This document shows positions 17,981 to 24,547 of a DNA stretch of 56,561 nt, one piece after another. This DNA is from Candidatus Eiseniibacteriota bacterium (GTDB lineage: Bacteria; Desulfobacterota; Binatia; UBA9968). Each line of letters begins with the position of its first letter. Position 1 is the first letter of the stretch. The stretch covers positions 1 to 56,561 of the forward strand of contig DATMBL010000158.1 of assembly GCA_035559295.1 (NCBI GenBank). The letters are read 5' to 3'. The notes below the pieces were generated by a model, which saw only the letters and a list, made by a program, of their open reading frames with translations, was not told the origin of the DNA and searched no databases. The translations under genes were made by a program, and so were the position numbers.

Positions 17981-19265
17981 TGGCGACTCGGACGATCGCT
18001 TCCGTGAGCAGCTGGGTCCCGAGGCAGATGTCGTCGGGGTCGGTCCACTCCAACGGATTGTGGCTGATACCGCGCCTGCTCGGAATGAAGATCATCGCGG
18101 CGCGCGTGATCTTGGCCATTTGCATGGCGTCGTGGCCGGCTCCCGAAGGCATGATCTCGTAGTCGATGCCCTTCTCGTCGCAGATCTCGCGGGTGAGCCG
18201 GAGCAAGCGCTTGTCGAGCGGCACGGGATCCTCGTCACGGATGCGCAGGATACGCGCGCCGAGGCCGCGCTCGGCGGCGATGCGCCGCGCCTCGTTCATG
18301 ACGCGCCGCGCAACGTGCTCCTTAGCGCGGGCGCTGACGCTTCGGATATCAACCGAGAGCTCGGCGCTTCCCGGAACCGCATTGATCACGCCCGGCTCGA
18401 CCTTGAGCGCCCCGACCGTGCCGACGACGCGGTTTTTTCCCGCTGCCGAGAATCGCTTGCAGACTCTCTCGACGTACTCGATCAGCAACGCCGCGGCGAC
18501 CAACGCGTCCTTGCGCATCTCCATCGGTGTCGTTCCTGAATGATCGGCCCGGCCGGTAAAGATCACCTTGAAGCGACTCGGGGCCGCTATCGCGGTGACC
18601 AGCCCGATGCGCTTTCGCCTCGCTTCGAGCACCGGACCCTGCTCGATGTGGAGCTCGAGGTAGGCCTTGACCGTCTTGGGGTCTCGCTTCAACGACGGCA
18701 GCGTGCGCGCGGAAATGCCGAGATCCGAAAGGACGTCCTGCAGCTTCGTGCCGTAGGCGTCCACGGCGTTGGCCAAGGCTTCGAGCTTCACCTCGCCGGC
18801 CACGAGGCTGCTCCCCAACGTTGAAAACCCGAAGCGGCTGGACTCCTCGCCCACGAAGCACACCACCTCGAGCGGCGAACGGAGCGCGATGCGGTTTTCA
18901 CGGATCGTACGCGCCGCCTCCAGGGCGCCGATCACGCCCACGGGGCCGTCGTACTTGCCGCCCTGAATGACGGTGTCCAAATGAGAGCCCGAAAGCACCG
19001 CGGGCGCGCGCGCGTGCGTGCCGGCGAGCCGCCCGAAGATGTTGCCGACGGCATCCAAGTGAATATCGAGCCCCGCCTGGCGCATCAGATGAATCAGGAG
19101 CTGCCGGCCGCGCAGCTCGTGCACGGAGAAAACCAGGCGGGTGACACCCCCGTGGCGGCCGATGCCGATGCGCGAAACGGCGTTGAGATCGCGCATGAGC
19201 CGGCGCTTGTTGATCGTGATGCTCGAGCGAATCTGCGAACCGGCGGCGGCGAAAGGAGGCGTCAC
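17967..19265 (-). CDS. M20-family Zn amidohydrolase of the allantoate amidohydrolase / N-carbamoyl-amino-acid (beta-ureidopropionase-type) hydrolase group
   Basis: 432 aa with a GTG start. Motifs seen are GGVTRLVFS, DAVGNIFGR, SGSHLDTV..GGKYDGPVGV, EVVCFVGEE and RADHSGTTPM, the signature of this subfamily. Confidence 0.8.
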   Translation of the reverse strand: MTPPFAAAGSQIRSSITINKRRLMRDLNAVSRIGIGRHGGVTRLVFSVHELRGRQLLIHLMRQAGLDIHLDAVGNIFGRLAGTHARAPAVLSGSHLDTVIQGGKYDGPVGVIGALEAARTIRENRIALRSPLEVVCFVGEESSRFGFSTLGSSLVAGEVKLEALANAVDAYGTKLQDVLSDLGISARTLPSLKRDPKTVKAYLELHIEQGPVLEARRKRIGLVTAIAAPSRFKVIFTGRADHSGTTPMEMRKDALVAAALLIEYVERVCKRFSAAGKNRVVGTVGALKVEPGVINAVPGSAELSVDIRSVSARAKEHVARRVMNEARRIAAERGLGARILRIRDEDPVPLDKRLLRLTREICDEKGIDYEIMPSGAGHDAMQMAKITRAAMIFIPSRRGISHNPLEWTDPDDICLGTQLLTEAIVRVANERL

Positions 19266-19383
19266 GCCCGGATTCTACCAGCTTCGAGAACGAGTGAAAA
19301 ACGGGACGAGAGGCCGGTTCTACACGGAACGCTCGTCGATGCGCCTCGTTGGCATCGCCGCCACGCTGTGTTATATGCGAGCC

Positions 19384-19404
19384 AGTCCACGGGAGAAAGG
19401 CCGG
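19384..19404 (+). promoter_or_regulatory. Possible PyrR-binding RNA element overlapping the pyrE ribosome-binding site
   Basis: The sequence AGTCCACGGGAGAAAGGCCGG resembles the PyrR box core ARUCCAGAGAGGYU. It is flanked by GCC/GGC pairing and covers the GGGAGAAAGG SD of pyrE. This is resemblance only. Confidence 0.25.
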
Positions 19405-19406
19405 TC

Positions 19407-20075
19407 ATGAGCGAAGTTGCCCAAAAAGTGGCAGAGGCGCTGCTCCGCACCGAAGCGATTCAAGTTTACCGCGACAAGCCCTTTGTGTTCGTCTCGGGCC
19501 GAATTTCACCGGTTTATATCGATTGCCGGAAGCTGCTCTCGTTTCCCGCAGAGCGCGATTACATTGTCACGCAACTCGCCAAGCGGGCCGAAGAAGCGAT
19601 CGGCCTCAGCCGCATCGACGTCGTTGCCGGAGGAGAGACGGCCGGCATTCCCTACGCGTCGTTTGTTGCGCATCTGCTGAGAAAGCCGCTGATCTATATC
19701 CGCAAGCAGCCCAAAGGCTACGGCGGAACCCGCCAGATCGAAGGCATTCTCGAAGCAGGGCAAAGGGTGCTCCTGGTCGAGGATCTCATCACCGACGGCC
19801 TGAGCAAGCTGCGTTTTAACATCGGCATCCGGGCGGCGGGAGCGAAGATGACCGACTGCCTGTGCGTTTTCGACTATGCCTCCGACCGATTGGCCCAGCA
19901 TGAAGGACGGGAGAACCTGGCGAAAAACGACATTGCGCTTCATGTCCTGGCGAACTGGGACGACGTTCTCGACACCGGTCTGGCGAAAAATTACTTCACC
20001 GAAGACGCCAACCGGCAGATCACCGATTTCTTGAGAGATCCCGAAAACTGGGGTCGCAAGATGGGGTTTGTGTAG
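19407..20075 (+). CDS. pyrE: Orotate phosphoribosyltransferase
   Basis: The internal ATG at 19407 gives 222 aa (MSEVAQKVAEALLRTEAIQV...FVFVSGRISPVYIDCR...). The PRPP loop is VLLVEDLITDGLS. The 5' part of track ORF 18981..20075 is antisense to the M20 gene. Confidence 0.9.
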   Translation: MSEVAQKVAEALLRTEAIQVYRDKPFVFVSGRISPVYIDCRKLLSFPAERDYIVTQLAKRAEEAIGLSRIDVVAGGETAGIPYASFVAHLLRKPLIYIRKQPKGYGGTRQIEGILEAGQRVLLVEDLITDGLSKLRFNIGIRAAGAKMTDCLCVFDYASDRLAQHEGRENLAKNDIALHVLANWDDVLDTGLAKNYFTEDANRQITDFLRDPENWGRKMGFV

Positions 20076-20087
20076 CCGCCCCGGCCG

Positions 20088-21488
20088 TCAAAGAGGCGGT
20101 TGCTCGCGATCCCAGCCCGCGGCTCGTTCGTAAGCGTACGCAACGCGGAGGGCGAGTCCCTCCTCAAACGCCGGCGCGGCAATTTGAAGCCCTACGGGAA
20201 GTTTGCCCGAAGTAAAGCCGCACGGCACCGAAACGGCGGGGAGCCCGCTCAAATTGAACGCGTTGGTGAAGCTCGGGCGGAGGTTTTGTTCGTTCGGGTC
20301 GAGCCGCTCGAACGCTTCGGGGGGCCGCGGTGTCGTCGGCGTCGCGAAGACATCGACGGTGGCGAAGTTGGAACGCATGCGTTCGGTCAAAACCACGCGC
20401 GCGCGTTGCGCGGTAATGTAATCGGCGGCGCTCAGAAAAGCACCCTCGAGAAGCCTCCGGCGCACGCTCGTGCCGAACTTCTCCGGCGCTCGGCGCAACG
20501 CGTTCTCGTGGTAGGCGTAGGCCTCCGCGAGCAGCAATGTTTGATTCGCTTTGCGCGCCGCCGAGAAGGGCTCGCCGTCGATTTCGATCAGCTTCGCGCC
20601 GAGCGTCTCGAGCTTCGCTAAAGCCCGATCAAAAACCGCTTCGGTTTCCGCATCCGTTCCCTTTTGTTCGTCAAACCAACCGCGCCTGGGGACGCCGATA
20701 CGGATGCCTGCGATTCCGGATCCGAGCGCGGCGCCGAAATCCGGCACGGCGACGGTCGCGGAAGCGGGGTCGCGGGGGTCTGGGCCGGCGATCGCTTGCA
20801 GTAGCAGCGCGCAATCCTCGACCGTGCGCGCCATGGGCCCGGCGTGATCGAGGGACCAGCTGAGCGGGACCAAGCCGAAACGGCTGACGCGCCCGTAGGT
20901 CGGCTTTAGCCCGACGACACCGCAGTGGGATGCGGGAGTGCGGATCGATCCGCCGGTGTCCGAACCGAGCGAGCCGAGACAAAACGCGGCTGCGAGAGCC
21001 GCCCCTGACCCACTGCTCGATCCGCCCGGAACGTGACCCGGATTCCAAGGATTGCGCACGGCGGGAAAGGGGGCGTCGATCGATGGTCCGCCAAAAGCAA
21101 ACTCGTGCATTCCGAGCTTGCCGAGTAGAACAGTCCCCGCCGCCGCCAGCCTGACAACGGCCGTCGCATCCTCAGCGGGGATCCAGTTCTCGCGTACCGC
21201 GGAGTGGCACGTCGTGCGGATTCCTCTGGTCATGTAGAGGTCTTTGAGAGCCACGGGAATTCCGTGCAGCGGCCCGCGATCGACTCCGGCGCGCAACTCT
21301 TGATCGAGCTTGCGGGCTTGTTTCAGCGCCAACTCGGCAGTGACGGTGATGAACGCGTGGAGTTTCTCGTCGTGCGCCGCGATTCTGTCGAGGCAGGCTT
21401 GCGTGAGTTCGGGAACCGAAAAATCGCCGCGCCGCAGGCACCGGCCGGCTTCGCCGATCGAAAGGGCGGGCAAGTCCAGAGACGCCAT
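20088..21488 (-). CDS. Amidase-signature (AS) family amidase, GatA/AtzE-like
   Basis: 466 aa. It has the catalytic Lys context GIPVALKDLY and the AS Gly/Ser-rich motif GGSSSGSGAALAA..GSDTGGSIRTPA. Confidence 0.88.
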   Translation of the reverse strand: MASLDLPALSIGEAGRCLRRGDFSVPELTQACLDRIAAHDEKLHAFITVTAELALKQARKLDQELRAGVDRGPLHGIPVALKDLYMTRGIRTTCHSAVRENWIPAEDATAVVRLAAAGTVLLGKLGMHEFAFGGPSIDAPFPAVRNPWNPGHVPGGSSSGSGAALAAAFCLGSLGSDTGGSIRTPASHCGVVGLKPTYGRVSRFGLVPLSWSLDHAGPMARTVEDCALLLQAIAGPDPRDPASATVAVPDFGAALGSGIAGIRIGVPRRGWFDEQKGTDAETEAVFDRALAKLETLGAKLIEIDGEPFSAARKANQTLLLAEAYAYHENALRRAPEKFGTSVRRRLLEGAFLSAADYITAQRARVVLTERMRSNFATVDVFATPTTPRPPEAFERLDPNEQNLRPSFTNAFNLSGLPAVSVPCGFTSGKLPVGLQIAAPAFEEGLALRVAYAYERAAGWDREQPPL

Positions 21489-21494
21489 GGACGT

Positions 21495-21692
21495 TCAGCC
21501 GCCGTACGCGCGCGCCGCCGAAAACACCGAAGCCGGCTCAATGCCCTCGGTAACCCAGGAGCGAAGCTCCTCGGCTTGCCGCCACGCGCGGTTCACTCCG
21601 GGAAGCAGCCGCTCGATCTCGGCAGCCGGCAGCCGAAGTCCAGCGCGTCGGGCGCGGTCCTCGAGATCAGCTTTTGTAAGTTCGTACGCCAT
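21495..21692 (-). CDS. Small GatC/AtzG-like subunit candidate (65 aa)
   Basis: The ATG at 21692 gives MAYELTKADLEDRARRAGLRLPAAEIERLLPGVNRAWRQAEELRSWVTEGIEPASVFSAARAYGG. The stop lies 6 nt before the amidase ATG. The pattern (helical, L.L...E.E.L ... EP) resembles GatC-type subunits. The longer 193-aa track ORF has a junk-like Arg/Gly-rich 5' part. Confidence 0.5.
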   Translation of the reverse strand: MAYELTKADLEDRARRAGLRLPAAEIERLLPGVNRAWRQAEELRSWVTEGIEPASVFSAARAYGG

Positions 21693-21742
21693 GGGTGAAT
21701 CGTGTGGCTGTGCCAATAGGCGCAGTTCGATGGATCGGCAGC

Positions 21743-21772
21743 ACAGTAGCGAAGCGTTGAGTGACTTGTCAA
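21743..21772 (-). promoter_or_regulatory. Sigma70-type promoter candidate (TTGACA-18 nt-TACTGT) for the small-ORF/amidase pair
   Basis: The hexamers were read on the minus strand. The predicted TSS lies about 45 nt upstream of the ATG at 21692. Confidence 0.3.
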
Positions 21773-22231
21773 ACAGTGGACGGTCGCAAAACCGGTGGCC
21801 TCGCCGGACGTTTTCGCGCCGCGAGTGCCATCCGGGCCGAATTGGCGAAACCGGCTCGGCTCTTTTGATTTTCTTGGCTCTCCTCGAAACCTTCGCCCCG
21901 CCGGTTCGTGGCACGCCCGTCACCTCCCCAAGGCTCCGGTCGAGAGAAAATCCATGGTTCGCGCTCGCGCCGCCACGTGCTCGTTGACGCTGCCGGCGTT
22001 GCATGGGCGCGGCGGTGCCGAGCCCTACGATGACGAGCCGGGGTCCGGCATGATCCGCGGAGCCTGAAAACGGCAAATCCCGTCCCCGTGGGTTGATTGC
22101 CCGACGCGCGCCGGCAGGCGCTCACCGCCGATCGGCCGGCGAGCTATGGACAGACAACGATTCCCACGTGCTTCGAGTCATCCACTGAAGGAGGCGACGC
22201 CCGTGCCGCCCGAGCCGGGCCTGAAACGCGC

Positions 22232-23263
22232 CTACTTCTTCGGCAGCAAAATCTCCCGGAGCTTGCCGACCATGGCCGCGTCCACCTGGTAGAGCTTGCG
22301 CGCGATACTCTCCACCTGGCTTCCGCTCAAGGGATTGAGGTCCAAGTTCGCTTTGGCGAGTTCGGCTGCGAAGTCCTTGTCCTTCATGGTCAGCATGAAG
22401 GCCTCGCGCAGGATCGCGAGTCTTCCCGGGGGTGTCCCGGGCGGCAGCGCATAGGCGCGCAGAATCGCCGATGGCGCATGAATTCCCGCTTCGATCAACT
22501 CTTTGGCTTCGGCGGTTTTCGCGTAGTCGATCGCGTTTGGCACATGGGGGATATCCGGAGCCTTCTTGGCGTTGACCTGCAAGACCACGTTCACCTGGCC
22601 GGATTCAATTCCCTTTTTCCAGGTCGATCGGATCGACGCCCAGGTCCAACAGCCGCCATCGACCTCTCCCGCCTCGGCGGCGATGCGGATGAACGACGTC
22701 CCTTTGTAGCCTTCGATCAACTGGATAGGCAGGTTTAGCGCTGCTCGCAAAATTCTCGGAACGTCGGAGTCGTTCGCTCCGGGAGCTTCGCCGCCGAGCT
22801 TGATCGGCCTCTTGGACGCGAACCACTGATCGAGCGCGGTTATCCCGCTCGCCTTCGTAAGCGCGCACGCCGTGTCGTCCATGACCGGCGCGCCGAGCCA
22901 TTCGAACTTCCGGCCGTCGAACTCGATGCCTTGATCGCCCAAGATCTGCTGCAGGAGCAGAGAGCCGATGAAATTACCGATCGTCAAACCATCTGGAGCG
23001 CTCGCCTTGTAGAGATAATTGGCCGCAAGCCGGCTCCCGGCTCCGGCCATGTTGTCGACGATCATCGCCGGCTGTCCGGGAATGTATTTCGGCATATGCC
23101 GCGCGATGGCGCGCGCATAGGCATCGAAGCCCCCGCCCGCGGCAAAGCCGACGATGACCCTTATGGTTTTACCCTTGTAAAAATCCTGATCCGCTCCGGC
23201 TCCGGCGGCGGGCCGGGGAAAAAGCGCGGCGCAGACGGTCAGAAGCAGGAGAGTCCTTCCCAT
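22232..23263 (-). CDS. Bug-family (TctC-like) periplasmic carboxylate-binding protein
   Basis: The ATG at 23263 follows GGAGGAGG. The signal peptide is MGRTLLLLTVCAALFPRPAAGAGA. The Bug pattern is present (FYKGKTIRVIVGFAAGGGFDAYAR...PGQPAMIVDNMAGAGS). No tctA/tctB genes are nearby. Confidence 0.85.
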   Translation of the reverse strand: MGRTLLLLTVCAALFPRPAAGAGADQDFYKGKTIRVIVGFAAGGGFDAYARAIARHMPKYIPGQPAMIVDNMAGAGSRLAANYLYKASAPDGLTIGNFIGSLLLQQILGDQGIEFDGRKFEWLGAPVMDDTACALTKASGITALDQWFASKRPIKLGGEAPGANDSDVPRILRAALNLPIQLIEGYKGTSFIRIAAEAGEVDGGCWTWASIRSTWKKGIESGQVNVVLQVNAKKAPDIPHVPNAIDYAKTAEAKELIEAGIHAPSAILRAYALPPGTPPGRLAILREAFMLTMKDKDFAAELAKANLDLNPLSGSQVESIARKLYQVDAAMVGKLREILLPKK

Positions 23264-23316
23264 CGTTCCTCCTCCGTGCACGAGAGATGGCCCGTCTTTT
23301 ACTGGAACGGAGCCAG

Positions 23317-24513
23317 CTAGCGCAAGTTGCCGGTATGACCGAGGGAGTAGCGGCCCGGTTGCGGCCAAAGGGTGAGCCCGTGGGGTTCGCTCTTTACCGG
23401 AATACTTTTCACGGCGCCGCTCGCCGTGTCGATCGCATAGACGACATCGTCGTAGCGCCCTGAGAGCCACAGAGTCTTGCCGTCGATGCTGAAATTCCCC
23501 ATATCCGGGCTGCCGCCTCCGGGAATGAGCCAGTCCGCGACCACTCTTCGGGTGGCGAAGTCGATCACGGAGACGCTGCCCTTGCCGCGCGGCGGTCCAT
23601 AGACTCTAGCCACGCCGCGGTTGGCGACGTAGAGTCGGGTTGCGTCCCGGCTCGGATAGAGACCATGCGCTCCAAGCCCGGTCTTGATATAGCCGACTTC
23701 GACCAGCCGATCGCCGTCGACGAGAAAAACCCCTTCGGCTTTCATGTCGGCAACGTAGAACACCTTGCCGTCGGGCGCGATGCGCACGTCCTGGGGCATG
23801 CCCCCTCGCGAGAGTTTCAGATAGCCGACGACCCGGTTTTCGATCAGATCGATTTTGGCGATGCTGCCCGCGTACTCGCAGGTGAAGAGCGCATAGCGGC
23901 CGTCGATCGAGAAATCAGCGTGGTTGATCCCCGCGCAATGCGGCGTTTCAATCGAGTACTTGAGCGCCATCGTTTGCGGGTTGCGGAAGTCGAGCCGCTT
24001 GCGCGCTTCCGCGACGATGATGGTCGCGGAGCCGTCAGGCGTGAAGTACATGTTATAGGGATCATCGACCGGGATGGTTCTCACCGGCTTGGCGGTCAGG
24101 GGATCGATCGCCGTAACGCTGCCATCGTTACGGCCCTCCGCATTGTTGTTGACCCAGAGGGTTTTTAAGTCCCACGAGGGCACCACGTGCTGCGGGTGAA
24201 CGCCGACGCGGAACCTGTCCACGACTTTGAACGTGGCCGGATCGATCACCCAAACGTCGTTCGAGCTGCGGTTGGGGACGTAGACGCGCGATAGATGCTT
24301 GGCAACGACCGAGCTGAGTTTTCCGGCGCCGATTTCGCTGTAGAGATTTTTGGGATCGATGACCGGCGGCATGCCGGGGACGGTCTGGACTACGGGGACG
24401 GAAGGGCTCGCTCGGGCTTCGCTTGCAGCCGCGCCCGCCCATGCCCAGGCGAGGTGTAAAACGCTTCCGAATAGAAAACTTGAAACGAAGCTGGCGCGGA
24501 TCTTTACGCGCAT
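23317..24513 (-). CDS. Secreted beta-propeller repeat protein (YVTN/YncE-like)
   Basis: The ATG at 24513 is followed by a signal-like N-terminus (MRVKIRASFVSSFLFGSVLHLAWAWAGAAA). Repeated strand-rich units carry V.VID / YVAN / P.G..F.PDG motifs. Confidence 0.7.
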   Translation of the reverse strand: MRVKIRASFVSSFLFGSVLHLAWAWAGAAASEARASPSVPVVQTVPGMPPVIDPKNLYSEIGAGKLSSVVAKHLSRVYVPNRSSNDVWVIDPATFKVVDRFRVGVHPQHVVPSWDLKTLWVNNNAEGRNDGSVTAIDPLTAKPVRTIPVDDPYNMYFTPDGSATIIVAEARKRLDFRNPQTMALKYSIETPHCAGINHADFSIDGRYALFTCEYAGSIAKIDLIENRVVGYLKLSRGGMPQDVRIAPDGKVFYVADMKAEGVFLVDGDRLVEVGYIKTGLGAHGLYPSRDATRLYVANRGVARVYGPPRGKGSVSVIDFATRRVVADWLIPGGGSPDMGNFSIDGKTLWLSGRYDDVVYAIDTASGAVKSIPVKSEPHGLTLWPQPGRYSLGHTGNLR

Positions 24514-24547
24514 GGCACCCGTTTGTTGAATCGGCTCTTCAGTCGGA

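Noticed and set aside
18981-19406. N-terminal 142 codons of track ORF 18981..20075
   Set aside because: This part is antisense to the M20 amidohydrolase and junk-like. OPRTase homology begins only at the ATG at 19407, which has its own SD.
20088-21692. Canonical GatC-GatA of the Glu-tRNA(Gln) amidotransferase
   Set aside because: There is no gatB. A functional-looking glnS is present in the same window. The small ORF is shorter than typical GatC, and the catabolic gene context argues against it. A role in Asn-tRNA formation cannot be fully excluded without the rest of the genome.
21693-22076. Long (193-aa) version of the ORF upstream of the amidase
   Set aside because: The first 128 codons are Arg/Gly/Pro/Ser-rich without structure. 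Only the last 65 codons, from an internal ATG, look like a real GatC-like peptide.
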